A stretch of 64,000 nucleotides of DNA, from the IMG/VR virus record IMGVR_UViG_3300009183_000050, positions 64,001-128,000 of that record. One strand, given 5' to 3'. Positions 38,619 to 48,108 of the stretch are shown here, in pieces. The notes under the pieces were generated by a model. That model saw only the letters and a program-made list of their open reading frames with translations. It did no database searches and was not told the DNA's origin. The first letter of the stretch is position 1. Each line of letters opens with the position of its first letter. Position numbers and translations under genes: made by a program. This DNA comes from a virus.

Positions 38619-39004
38619 TGCCAGCCGTTTCAAGATTAGGTGATGCCGCGATACCACATCCAACATGCTTTATGCCTCATGTATTGATGATGGGTTCTGG
38701 TTCGGTTTTTGTAAACGGTAGACCAATGAGTTTTGTCGGCTGTCTTACAACCTTACATACTGTTCGATTTGGTAAATGGTGCATTGTTCATTTTGGTGCT
38801 GTTGCTCTAGGTTCAACAACCGTTAGAGTTCATGGTTGTGCTGTAGCCAGAATGACTTCATTACTAATTGGAACTGGTGAGTCTTGGCAGTATCCTGCTG
38901 GTGCACCTGGAGTGGTTGTGCCTCCAATTCCGGCTGGTCTTCCTTGTATGTTTGTTGCACAAGGATCACCAACAGTCTTTGCTGGTGGTGCACCCGGTGT
39001 ATAA
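38618..39004 (+). CDS. PAAR-domain spike tip protein (gp5.4-like)
   Basis: MPAVSRLGD, GSGSVFVNG, GSTTVRVHG, AQGSPTVFAG with His/Cys ligands. Confidence 0.85.
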   Translation: MPAVSRLGDAAIPHPTCFMPHVLMMGSGSVFVNGRPMSFVGCLTTLHTVRFGKWCIVHFGAVALGSTTVRVHGCAVARMTSLLIGTGESWQYPAGAPGVVVPPIPAGLPCMFVAQGSPTVFAGGAPGV

Positions 39005-39022
39005 AAATATTTTTTCGAATAC

Positions 39023-39051
39023 TTGACTTCCTGACCTAAAAGTGTTATATA
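39023..39051 (+). promoter_or_regulatory. Sigma70-type promoter for the hsp20 operon
   Basis: TTGACT-N17-TATATA. Confidence 0.6.
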
Positions 39052-39057
39052 TAATGG

Positions 39058-39118
39058 TAGTTCTCGCCTTATGGGAGAACAGTTTAACCTAACTTGCTTA
39101 ACAGGAGTTACAGCTATG
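39058..39118 (+). promoter_or_regulatory. ROSE-like RNA thermometer in the hsp20 5' UTR
   Basis: 5' hairpin GTTCTC...GAGAAC, then TAAC-TTGCT-TAAC-AGGA-GTTA, in which UUGCU pairs with the SD AGGA. Confidence 0.7.
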
Positions 39119-39616
39119 ACACTCAATAAAGTTCCTTATTTCGATCCATTTTCTTTTCCTTCACTCACAAAATCTATGATTGGTTCTGATCAGATTTTGA
39201 ATCGAATGAAAGATGCAATGGATAACCTTCCTAAGATTCCTACCTACCCTCCATACAATATCCGTAAAGTAGAAGATAACAAGTATGTAATCGAGGTTGC
39301 TGTTGCCGGCTTCGGCAAGCAAGACCTTGAAATTGAAATGCTTGATGGTTCTCTCACCATCAAAGGCAATATTGATTCTGACAAAGATAATGCGGAGAGT
39401 TATATCTTCAAAGGTATTGCAGACCGTTCATTCGCTCGTACCTTCACTCTAGCCGATTCAGTCGAGATTAAGAATGCTGAATTGCTAAACGGTATGCTGA
39501 AGGTCTGGTTAGAACGATTCATTCCAGAAGAAAAGAAATCAAAGAAGATCAAGATTGATGATCCGTCTGAAGCTGTGAGCAAGAAACAAATGCTAACAGA
39601 AGAAGAAGGAAAGTAA
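39116..39616 (+). CDS. hsp20: Small heat-shock protein Hsp20 (IbpA-like)
   Basis: YPPYNI, IEVAVAGF, KGIADRSFARTFTLA, LLNGML; start at ATG 39116 after the AGGAG SD. Confidence 0.95.
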   Translation: MTLNKVPYFDPFSFPSLTKSMIGSDQILNRMKDAMDNLPKIPTYPPYNIRKVEDNKYVIEVAVAGFGKQDLEIEMLDGSLTIKGNIDSDKDNAESYIFKGIADRSFARTFTLADSVEIKNAELLNGMLKVWLERFIPEEKKSKKIKIDDPSEAVSKKQMLTEEEGK

Positions 39617-39617
39617 C

Positions 39618-39791
39618 ATGATCTTTGCATTTTTTAAATCAGTGCAGGAAGCAATTTCTGCATACCTAAAATATCGTCGTACCGTATACGAACTCAGCCT
39701 TCTAAGTGGCCGTGATCTTCGTGATCTCGGTATTCATCGTTGTGACATTGAGTTCGTTGCTCGTAAAAGTGCCTTTAAGGTGGCGGAATGA
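39618..39791 (+). CDS. DUF1127 (YjiS-like) small protein, 57 aa, not in ORF track
   Basis: YRRTVYELSLLSGRDLRDLGIHRCDI matches the DUF1127 pattern R...EL..L.D..L.D.G..R.DI. Confidence 0.85.
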   Translation: MIFAFFKSVQEAISAYLKYRRTVYELSLLSGRDLRDLGIHRCDIEFVARKSAFKVAE

Positions 39792-39883
39792 TTGCTATTC
39801 TTATTAGTCTCTATCATAAGTTTCTTTTGGCCAGACAGGCCCAAGCAGACCGATTAGTTGAAAGTTATAAGAATAAATACTAA
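39788..39883 (+). CDS. Small hypothetical protein, 31 aa
   Basis: ATGA overlap with the DUF1127 stop; MIAILISLYHKFLLARQAQADRLVESYKNKY. Confidence 0.45.
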   Translation: MIAILISLYHKFLLARQAQADRLVESYKNKY

Positions 39884-39890
39884 GCTATTG

Positions 39891-39914
39891 CAAGAGGGGA
39901 GAAATCCCCTCTTG
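39891..39914 (+). terminator. Hairpin terminator of the hsp20 operon
   Basis: CAAGAGGGGA-GAAA-TCCCCTCTTG, 10-bp stem. Confidence 0.7.
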
Positions 39915-39940
39915 ACTTATATGGAGATATGCTATATAAT
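39912..39940 (+). promoter_or_regulatory. Sigma70 promoter of the glycan cluster
   Basis: TTGACT-N17-TATAAT. Confidence 0.75.
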
Positions 39941-39963
39941 TATATGATTATGGAGTATTTGAA

Positions 39964-40509
39964 ATGGACTTTAGCGTTAACGATTCTCACCTTTCTATCC
40001 AATCTCTCGAAAAATATGACAACGGTGATACATTCATCGAGACAGGCACCTACAAGGGTGATACTGTCAAGCTGGCTTTAAGTCGAGGCTATAAACTTAT
40101 CCACACAATCGAACTAGATGATGAACTCTACAAGAATGCTGTAGAGATGTTCAAAGATGAACCTCGTGTCAAGGTATGGCAAGGTGATAGTATCGACCGT
40201 TTGAAAGAGATTGTTCCTACAATCGAAGGTCCTGCCACATTCTGGCTTGATGCTCATGCTTCAGGTCCTCTTGTCGGCGGTAAATCTGGACCTGCACCTG
40301 TTCTTGATGAGCTGGATATCATCGCAGAACATCCATGTAAAGAGCATACTATTTTCATTGATGACTGTCGGTTGTTTGACACCGCTGAATGGGCTTTCGT
40401 TAAGAAGACGGATGCTGTAAAGAAGATCGATCAGATTAACCCTGAATATGATATCATCTATCTCGACGGTCATATCCGTGAAGATGTGATGTGTGTGACA
40501 ATCAAATGA
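39964..40509 (+). CDS. Class I SAM-dependent methyltransferase-like protein
   Basis: FIETGTYKG, IELD, GDS, FWLDAH, IFIDD. Confidence 0.75.
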   Translation: MDFSVNDSHLSIQSLEKYDNGDTFIETGTYKGDTVKLALSRGYKLIHTIELDDELYKNAVEMFKDEPRVKVWQGDSIDRLKEIVPTIEGPATFWLDAHASGPLVGGKSGPAPVLDELDIIAEHPCKEHTIFIDDCRLFDTAEWAFVKKTDAVKKIDQINPEYDIIYLDGHIREDVMCVTIK

Positions 40510-41249
40510 AACTGAACATTGAAAAATCTGTAGTTGTTATCACTCCTACAATCGGTTCACCAAAGCTATTGGATGCCTTTGAGAGTGTAGAAAAACAAAC
40601 ATATGGAAACATCAAACACCTCATTGTAGTTGATGGTCCTGATTACTATAAGAAAGTATTAGATACACTAGGCCTTTTCGGTCTTAATCGAAAGCAACAA
40701 CTGAGTGTTGCACCTGAAAACACTGGCGCAAATGGTTTCTATGGGCATCGTATCTATGCGGCTTATGCTCACTTGGTCAATGCTGAATATGTGTTCTTCT
40801 TAGATGAAGATAACTGGTATCATCCAGATCATGTTCGTTCGATGGTCGAGACAATCGAAAACAGACAGTTGGATTTTGCTTACTCACTCCGCGGTATCTA
40901 TGACAAAGACAAGAACTATCTTTGTGATGATAACTGTGAGGCTCTCGGTGAATGGCCTATATACTTTACGAATGATGTTGAACATCAATATCTCGTCGAT
41001 ACCTCATCGTATGCTTTTCGTCGTAAGTTCCTCATTCAAGTGGCAAGTTTATGGCACTCCGGTTGGGGTGGTGATCGTAGGTTCTTCAATATGATTCGAG
41101 AACAATCATCTCATGCCAATAGCCGTCAAAGAACCTTGTGCTATCGTCTAGATGGTAATGAAGGTTCTGTGTCTAAAGACTTCTTCGACAAAGGCAATGC
41201 ATATTATAATGAACATTACAAAGGTGATTTACCATGGCTAAAAGCTTAA
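40506..41249 (+). CDS. Glycosyltransferase family 2
   Basis: VVITPT, IVVDG, FFLDEDNW. Confidence 0.85.
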   Translation: MKLNIEKSVVVITPTIGSPKLLDAFESVEKQTYGNIKHLIVVDGPDYYKKVLDTLGLFGLNRKQQLSVAPENTGANGFYGHRIYAAYAHLVNAEYVFFLDEDNWYHPDHVRSMVETIENRQLDFAYSLRGIYDKDKNYLCDDNCEALGEWPIYFTNDVEHQYLVDTSSYAFRRKFLIQVASLWHSGWGGDRRFFNMIREQSSHANSRQRTLCYRLDGNEGSVSKDFFDKGNAYYNEHYKGDLPWLKA

Positions 41250-42133
41250 TTATCGGCGGAGCATCCAACTATGGTTGGGAGCAACTGAAATACTGGGTCA
41301 ATTCAATCAAGAAGAGTGGTTTCGAAGGAGATGTGGCCTTGGTTGCCACAAACATCTCTAAAGAAACTATCGAGAAGTTAACGGAGAATGGTGTGTTGCT
41401 GTCACTCTATGGTGATAAGCAGGCAGATGGTTCTTTCAAAGCACACGGTAATGGTGCACCACATGTTGAGCGGTTCTTTTATATCTGGAACTACCTGCAT
41501 AACTCGAAAGAAAAATATGCAAACGTGATCATGACTGATACTCGTGATGTTATCTTTCAAGATGATCCTGTGAAGTGGTTGGATTACAATCTCGTCGATA
41601 GTTTCATGGTCTGTAGTTCCGAAGGGCTTCGTTATGTCAATGAGCCTTGGGGTAATCAGAACTTGCTTGAGACATTCGGACCTTTCTTCCACAATATGCT
41701 AAAAGACAAGTTGATCTTCAATGTCGGTACCATTGCTGGTGACCACAAGTATGTTGAAGGTTTCATTCTTACATTATTCCAACTGAGTATCAATCGCAAT
41801 ATTCCTATCGTCGATCAGGCAGTGTTTAACTTCATGGTTAACACTCAACCTTATAACAATGATCTGATGTTTACCAATAATACAGATGAATGGGCAATTC
41901 AACTAGGCACCACACTCGAAGCTGTCAAAGCAGGCAAAGGTGATCTAGGTTTCATCTTCTCTGATGACCCCATCAAGTATCAGTCTATGTATGAAGATAA
42001 CCAACCTAAGATCGGTGAAGATGGCATCGTCACAACCGCCGGTGGTAAACCCTTTACAATCGTGCATCAATATGATCGTGTTCCTGAATTGAAGGCCAAG
42101 ATCGAAGAACTCTATGGAGATAATAATGTTTGA
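41234..42133 (+). CDS. GT-A glycosyltransferase-like protein
   Basis: MTDTRDVIFQ.DP, NVGTIAG, DQAVFN, VHQYDR. Confidence 0.75.
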   Translation: MAKSLIIGGASNYGWEQLKYWVNSIKKSGFEGDVALVATNISKETIEKLTENGVLLSLYGDKQADGSFKAHGNGAPHVERFFYIWNYLHNSKEKYANVIMTDTRDVIFQDDPVKWLDYNLVDSFMVCSSEGLRYVNEPWGNQNLLETFGPFFHNMLKDKLIFNVGTIAGDHKYVEGFILTLFQLSINRNIPIVDQAVFNFMVNTQPYNNDLMFTNNTDEWAIQLGTTLEAVKAGKGDLGFIFSDDPIKYQSMYEDNQPKIGEDGIVTTAGGKPFTIVHQYDRVPELKAKIEELYGDNNV

Positions 42134-42665
42134 AATGAATCCTGACTTTTTTGAAATTGATCGTTTGGTGCCTCTCGGTATGTGGCCTCGTTCAACTATG
42201 ACTTCACGCGGTCTTATTCCATATGTTAATCGTATGGCTAGTCGTGAAGAGAAGATCAAGATTACTGTTGTTGGTGACTTGAAAGGTGAATCTGTTGTAG
42301 ACCTCTTAGAAAACTGCACTAAGATTTTCCGCATCTATGTTGTCAATGAATATGAAGATAATGAAGAAGGTCAAAAGCTGAAGAAGCTTTTTGATAAGAA
42401 CATCGAGAAGCATAAAGATAAGATTAAGTTCATGTCAGATCGTCAGAGCAACTTCGTTTGTATTGAACGTGAATCTTGCACTCCAGAGAACCTTGAAAAA
42501 TATTATGATCTGGTTCGGACCGGCGGCATCTTTGCTGGAAATGGTCATGAATATGTCGATGTGAAGGAATCTCTCGGTAAATTTCGTCGTGATGTTAAGA
42601 TTGGAACGCCTGTTCTAATTTCTAATCGTGCAACTTGGTTTTGGTATAAAAGAGGTAAGTTATGA
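42114..42665 (+). CDS. Degenerate methyltransferase-like protein
   Basis: Y.LVRTGGIFAG...Y..V pattern; SAM motif I eroded. Confidence 0.45.
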   Translation: MEIIMFEMNPDFFEIDRLVPLGMWPRSTMTSRGLIPYVNRMASREEKIKITVVGDLKGESVVDLLENCTKIFRIYVVNEYEDNEEGQKLKKLFDKNIEKHKDKIKFMSDRQSNFVCIERESCTPENLEKYYDLVRTGGIFAGNGHEYVDVKESLGKFRRDVKIGTPVLISNRATWFWYKRGKL

Positions 42666-43696
42666 AAACTGCATTAGTTCTCGGTGCTGGTGGATTCATC
42701 GGCAATCATATGGTTACACGACTTGAGGCTGAAGGCTATTGGGTTCGTGGTGTTGACTTGAAATATCCTGAGCATGGAAAGACTCAGGCTTGCCATTTTG
42801 TCCTTCGTGATCTCCGTGATCGAGATGATGTGAGTCAGTTGATTGGCTATGCTGGCTGTAGACGTAATCCTTATGAAACCTATGCTAGACAGTTTGATAA
42901 ACCGTTTGATGAAATCTACCAGTTCGCGGCTGATATGGGTGGTGCAGGTTATATCTTCACAGGTGAGCATGATGCTGATGTTATGCATAACTCGGCTACC
43001 ATCAATCTGAACCTGTTGGATGCTGTGAGAGACTATCATTACCGGTATGCTGATAGTCAAAAACCTTTGATCTTCTATTCATCATCGGCTTGTATGTATC
43101 CGGAACACAATCAGTTAGACCCCGATAATCCTAACTGTGTTGAGTCTAGTGCATACCCTGCAAACCCTGATAGTGAATATGGATGGGAGAAACTATTCAG
43201 TGAAAGACTTTATCTTGCCTATAATCGCAATTACAATATTCCTGTTCGCATCGCTCGGTTCCATAACATCTATGGTCCAAAAGGAACTTGGGATGGAGGA
43301 AGAGAGAAAGCACCGGCAGCTATATGCCGTAAAGTGATTAATAGTGATGACACAATCGAAATCTGGGGTGACGGTAAGCAGACTCGCTCATTCCTCTATA
43401 TTGATGATTGCATTGATGCTGTTCGTTTGCTTATGCAATCAGACTTCATGGGTCCTGTTAATATCGGTTCAGAAGAGATGGTAACAATCAACAAACTCGT
43501 TGAAGTTGCTTCTGAGATTGGTAACAAAGATTTGGCAAAAGTTTATGTTGATGGTCCTGTGGGTGTGCGCGGTCGTAACTCTGATAATCGGTTGATCGAA
43601 GAAAAACTTGGCTGGTCACCTAATCATTCTCTTCATGATGGTTTGACAGAAACATACCGCTGGATAGAAGAGCAGATTAACGGAAAGAATAAGTGA
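42662..43696 (+). CDS. NAD-dependent epimerase, GDP-mannose 3,5-epimerase-like
   Basis: GAGGFIG, QFAADMGGAG, SSACMYPE, YGWEKLFSE, GGREKAPAAICRK, GVRGRNSDN. Confidence 0.85.
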   Translation: MKTALVLGAGGFIGNHMVTRLEAEGYWVRGVDLKYPEHGKTQACHFVLRDLRDRDDVSQLIGYAGCRRNPYETYARQFDKPFDEIYQFAADMGGAGYIFTGEHDADVMHNSATINLNLLDAVRDYHYRYADSQKPLIFYSSSACMYPEHNQLDPDNPNCVESSAYPANPDSEYGWEKLFSERLYLAYNRNYNIPVRIARFHNIYGPKGTWDGGREKAPAAICRKVINSDDTIEIWGDGKQTRSFLYIDDCIDAVRLLMQSDFMGPVNIGSEEMVTINKLVEVASEIGNKDLAKVYVDGPVGVRGRNSDNRLIEEKLGWSPNHSLHDGLTETYRWIEEQINGKNK

Positions 43697-44766
43697 TGCA
43701 AGTTGCTAGACCTGATCTACAGATGATGAAGTGGAATGTAAGTCTGCCTTTCAGTTACTTCAAAGGTCTATTGATGGTCAACCATCCTCCAGTCGAAGGT
43801 ACCTATACCCTCGGCTGGGGTCAGGCCAATGATGTTGCAGATGAAAAACTACTGCAAAAGATGACAGACTATGTTCTGAAGGATATCGATAAAGAACCAT
43901 ACTTTACTGATCTACTTGTTGATGATATGAAGGATGGTAATACAAACCGTATTCATGAGCATATGAAACATATGTTCAAAAGCCCAATCTTGAACGGCAT
44001 CACGCAAGGTGAGTCTTATCATGATATGTTCGTTAAGAATGTTGATGATATTCAGAAGAATGCCGGCTTTGCTATCTATGATAAGTTGTTCACGCTGATG
44101 GAATCGGTCGGTTTGATTCCAGCTTTCTCACCCGAAGATTATGTTCAGAACAATAACTATCATCGTTTCTATATTATCCCTGTTGATATGTATATAGAGA
44201 AACTATCTAAGCATCTAGATGCGGATATCTCAGCACCAAAATACTCAGGCGATCTCTTTGGTATTCAAACAGAAAAGTATGGTCTCTATAGTGATCGAGA
44301 CTTTATGTGTCTTGGTGTGGCCATTCGAATCGCTGAAAAGTATTGGAACAAGAAAGACATTAGCATCATCGATATTGGTGGTGGTGTAGGTCATCTGTCC
44401 TATTACCTATATAAATTAGGATTCAAGAACATTACTACTGTTGATGTTCCTATGGTCAATGCATTCGCAATGCATTTCTTAGGTTCTAACTTGCCTAATC
44501 ATGGCATCAAGTTCTTGTCGCCGCATGACTTTACAGGTGGCTATGATCTAGTGATCAATGTCGATGGGTTGACTCAGATTGATAAAGACAAAGCTGAGTT
44601 CTACACGAATAGAATGCTCGAAGATAAAACCAAGCACTTCTACTCGGTCAATAGAGAGATTGATTCTTTTACTGTTGGTGAGATTTGCCCTCTCGCTAGA
44701 GTATCGAGGACTCCTTTCTGGCATAGAAGGGGTTATGTTGAAGAAGATTATTTTGGTGGGTTATAA
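43693..44766 (+). CDS. Putative sugar O-methyltransferase
   Basis: IIDIGGGVG motif I, YDLVINVDGLTQ, YSVNRE. Confidence 0.7.
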   Translation: MMQVARPDLQMMKWNVSLPFSYFKGLLMVNHPPVEGTYTLGWGQANDVADEKLLQKMTDYVLKDIDKEPYFTDLLVDDMKDGNTNRIHEHMKHMFKSPILNGITQGESYHDMFVKNVDDIQKNAGFAIYDKLFTLMESVGLIPAFSPEDYVQNNNYHRFYIIPVDMYIEKLSKHLDADISAPKYSGDLFGIQTEKYGLYSDRDFMCLGVAIRIAEKYWNKKDISIIDIGGGVGHLSYYLYKLGFKNITTVDVPMVNAFAMHFLGSNLPNHGIKFLSPHDFTGGYDLVINVDGLTQIDKDKAEFYTNRMLEDKTKHFYSVNREIDSFTVGEICPLARVSRTPFWHRRGYVEEDYFGGL

Positions 44767-45653
44767 TGAAAACTTTGAAACTAGGATTCTGTGATACCTT
44801 CGGTGCAATCGAGAACTTCTTTACGAAAGTTCTTTCCGATAAATATCAAATCGTTCGTGATGATGAAAACCCTGACTATGTTATCTTTGGTGATAAGAAC
44901 TTCGGTTCGAACAACATCAAGTATAACAATAGAAAGATCGTAAAGATTTTCTTTACTGGTGAAAACGAGAGGCCGTGGAACTATGAATGTCATTACTCAA
45001 TTTGCTTCGATCACGGAGATTGGAATGGACACAATTACCGACTGCCTCTTTATGTTGTTTATGATTATGATAATCATTTTCGTGATGTGCCCAATACCTC
45101 AACGGTAGATCGGCAACCATCCGACCTGAATGAGAAGAAAGGTTTCTGTTCATTCGTCGTAAAGAATGGTGCCTGCCAGAAGCGTAATGATTGGTTTCAT
45201 AAGTTGAATGATCATAAAGGTGTTGCATCTGGCGGACCTCTCTTCAATAACATCGGTTACATCTTGCCTCGTGGTGAAGAGTCCGTTCAAGCTAAGTTGA
45301 AGTTCCTTGACTCATATAAGTTCAATCTATGTTTCGAAAACAATTCATTTCCAGGCTATGCTACAGAGAAACTGTATGAGGCTCTTTGTGCTAAGACCAT
45401 TCCTATCTATTGGGGTTCACCAACAATCGACTGTGACTTCAATCCAAGAGCCTTCTTGAACTGGCATGATTATGAAGATGATGATGCATTCTTTGAAGCT
45501 ATCAAACAGATTGATGAAAATCCTGATCTATATGAAGAGATGTATCTGGCTCCAATGTTTGCGGACTATCAGCGGTCAAACAAGTTTATGGACAAAGATC
45601 GTTTCTTGAGATGGTTTGATAAGAATGTTTATAAAGGTGAAATCAATGCATAA
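44766..45653 (+). CDS. Alpha-1,3-fucosyltransferase-like enzyme (GT10)
   Basis: FFTGENERP, RLPLY, FCSFVV.N, YKFNLCFEN..FPGYATEK, IPIYWG. Confidence 0.9.
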   Translation: MKTLKLGFCDTFGAIENFFTKVLSDKYQIVRDDENPDYVIFGDKNFGSNNIKYNNRKIVKIFFTGENERPWNYECHYSICFDHGDWNGHNYRLPLYVVYDYDNHFRDVPNTSTVDRQPSDLNEKKGFCSFVVKNGACQKRNDWFHKLNDHKGVASGGPLFNNIGYILPRGEESVQAKLKFLDSYKFNLCFENNSFPGYATEKLYEALCAKTIPIYWGSPTIDCDFNPRAFLNWHDYEDDDAFFEAIKQIDENPDLYEEMYLAPMFADYQRSNKFMDKDRFLRWFDKNVYKGEINA

Positions 45654-46407
45654 GGCTCTAATCATTACACCAACTGGTTGCCCCATGTTCTTCGATGATG
45701 AATATGATAAAGAGAACCACTGGCGCTTTAACAAACCAAATAGAAGCTATGAAGTTTGTGTGGTTGGTTTCAAAGAAGATTATGTTCCTGAAGAAGATTC
45801 ATATGATCACTTCTTTCACTACCCTGTTCGATACAAGTGGAAACAACTGCCTGAGTTGTTAGACTTCTTGATCACTAAAGGTGTTGACTGGCGTAACTAT
45901 GACTATATCGGTTACTGGGATGATGACTACTGCACAGACATTCGATCTGTGGAGAAGGCTCTTGAAGCGGCACGACACTTCGATATGCGGGTGTTACAAC
46001 AATCTTTAAAATCTTGGACTGTCTATCCATGCCTTGAAAACAATCCTGCTTGGCTATTCTCCGAGACTAACTTCACCGAAATGGGTGTTCCATTTTATCG
46101 TATGGATATTCTCAAAAAGGTCTTGACATTACTGGTCGATTATGTGTATAATGAGTCTGAGTGGGGCATAGACAAGGTATTGTGTTATTATCTTGGTCAA
46201 ACCGCACATGTCATACACGACTCTTCTATCAAACATATGAGGAGAGAATCGTGGTATGATAAGACGAATGCTTTCAAAGAAATGGACTACTTGATGAAAG
46301 AGTGGTTTCCAAAGTATATGAAAGAAAAGTTCGGTAGCGAATACATATATACAGATAAGCAAGAAATTTTCAATGCTGCTGTTAGAAACGATGTAAAAGG
46401 TGAATAG
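45646..46407 (+). CDS. DUF707-like glycosyltransferase
   Basis: YDYIGYWDDD, ETNFTEMGVPF, WGID. Confidence 0.7.
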   Translation: MHKALIITPTGCPMFFDDEYDKENHWRFNKPNRSYEVCVVGFKEDYVPEEDSYDHFFHYPVRYKWKQLPELLDFLITKGVDWRNYDYIGYWDDDYCTDIRSVEKALEAARHFDMRVLQQSLKSWTVYPCLENNPAWLFSETNFTEMGVPFYRMDILKKVLTLLVDYVYNESEWGIDKVLCYYLGQTAHVIHDSSIKHMRRESWYDKTNAFKEMDYLMKEWFPKYMKEKFGSEYIYTDKQEIFNAAVRNDVKGE

Positions 46408-47452
46408 TATGACTAAACGTGTTCTTATTACCGGTGGCGCAGGCTTCATCGGTCATCACATTATCGATCTCTTCTTGGAAAAGACTGATTGGGAGATCGT
46501 CTCTCTCGACCGGCTTGACTACTCAGGTAATCTCAATCGACTTCATAGTGTAGTTAGTAAGTATCCAGCTGAGACTCGTAAGCGGGTCAAGATCGTCTGG
46601 CATGACCTGAAGGCTGAGATCCAAGACCTCACACAGAATCTTATTGGTGATGCTAACATCATCTTGCATCTAGCCGCTTCATCACATGTTGATCGCTCTA
46701 TCACATATCCGATGGAGTTTCTGATGGACAACACCGTTGGTACGGTGAACGTCCTTAACTTTGCTCGTAAGTTGAAAAACCTTGAGCGCCTCATCTACTT
46801 CTCTACCGATGAAATTTTCGGTATTGCGCCTAATGGAGTTGCCTATGCGGAACGTGATCGTTACAATTCTACAAACCCTTACTCGGCTTCTAAAGCGGCC
46901 GCAGAAGAGTTCTGTGTCGCATACGAAAACACCTACAAACTCCCAATCTTCATCACTCATACTATGAACGTATTTGGAGAGCGTCAGCATCCAGAGAAGT
47001 TCATTCCAATGAGCATTCGTAAAATTCGTGATGGTGAGACTATCGGTATTCATTCCGATCCATCTAAAACTATTCCAGGTTCTCGATTCTATATTCATGC
47101 TAAAGATGTGGCTGAAGCTATGTATTTCTTGCTACACTTGAATGAAGAACAGAAGAGAATAATCTATACTCCTGATTACGGTGGTGCTAAATGCCCTAAG
47201 TTCAATGTTGTAGGTAAAGAAGAAATCAATAACCTTCAGCTTGTTCAGCATATCGCCGATGCTCAGGATAGAGAACTCAAGTATGAGATGATTGACTTCC
47301 ATACTTCGAGACCTGGTCATGATCTTCGTTATGCCTTGTCTGGTGACTTCATGCGTGAACTTGGATGGGAGCCTCGCTTCTCACTTCAAGATCGTATCGA
47401 AGAAGTTGTGGATTGGACTCTTGCTAACCCCGAATGGATTGAGGTGGCCTGA
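46400..47452 (+). CDS. rfbB: NDP-glucose 4,6-dehydratase (RmlB-like)
   Basis: TGGAGFIG, HLAASSHVDRSI, STDE, PYSASKA, QHPEKFIP, RPGHDLRYA. Confidence 0.88.
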   Translation: MNSMTKRVLITGGAGFIGHHIIDLFLEKTDWEIVSLDRLDYSGNLNRLHSVVSKYPAETRKRVKIVWHDLKAEIQDLTQNLIGDANIILHLAASSHVDRSITYPMEFLMDNTVGTVNVLNFARKLKNLERLIYFSTDEIFGIAPNGVAYAERDRYNSTNPYSASKAAAEEFCVAYENTYKLPIFITHTMNVFGERQHPEKFIPMSIRKIRDGETIGIHSDPSKTIPGSRFYIHAKDVAEAMYFLLHLNEEQKRIIYTPDYGGAKCPKFNVVGKEEINNLQLVQHIADAQDRELKYEMIDFHTSRPGHDLRYALSGDFMRELGWEPRFSLQDRIEEVVDWTLANPEWIEVA

Positions 47453-48108
47453 TGCTTAGAGTATGTTTCGATAACGCAGAACACTCGTCTGATAAATGGG
47501 AACCATATTTCGAGGTCTATGAACGACACTTGAATCAGTTCGTCGGTAAACCTATTAACTTCGTCGAAGTTGGTGTCCAAAAAGGTGGTTCACTCGATAT
47601 GTGGAACCTCTACTTCGGCAATTCGGCTAACATTACGGGCATCGATGTTGATACTGAATGTGCAAAGCTAGAATACAAGTGGCCTAACACAAAGGTTCTC
47701 ATCGGTGACCAAGGTGATCCTGCTTTTTGGGATAACTTCTTAGCCGAAAATCCTAAGATCGATGTGTTCGTTGATGATGGCGGCCATTATATGGATCAGC
47801 AGATTCTAACCTTCGAGAAGATTTTCCCTATTCTGCCTGTTGGTGGTGTGTTCATCTGTGAAGATTGTCATACCAGCTACATGTCACACAATGGAGGTGG
47901 ATTGAATCGTAAAGGTTCATTCATTGAATATGCGAAGCAATACATTGATGTTATTCATTGGGATTGGAAAGAAAGCTATAACACAGAACTAGAGCGGCTG
48001 TATAAGATCGGCAAAGACTTGACTAGTGTTCATTTCTATGATAGTATGGTTGTATTCGAAAAATTTGGTAAGAAGGATATGAAACGTGTCACACCAACAA
48101 ACTTCTGA
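47452..48108 (+). CDS. Class I SAM-dependent (sugar O-) methyltransferase
   Basis: KW..YF.VYERH, VEVGVQKGGS, GDQ, DDGGH, CEDCHTSY. Confidence 0.8.
   Translation: MLRVCFDNAEHSSDKWEPYFEVYERHLNQFVGKPINFVEVGVQKGGSLDMWNLYFGNSANITGIDVDTECAKLEYKWPNTKVLIGDQGDPAFWDNFLAENPKIDVFVDDGGHYMDQQILTFEKIFPILPVGGVFICEDCHTSYMSHNGGGLNRKGSFIEYAKQYIDVIHWDWKESYNTELERLYKIGKDLTSVHFYDSMVVFEKFGKKDMKRVTPTNF

Noticed and set aside
39071-39115. N-terminal extension of hsp20 given in the ORF track
   Set aside because: The AGGAG SD and ROSE hairpin indicate the real start is ATG 39116
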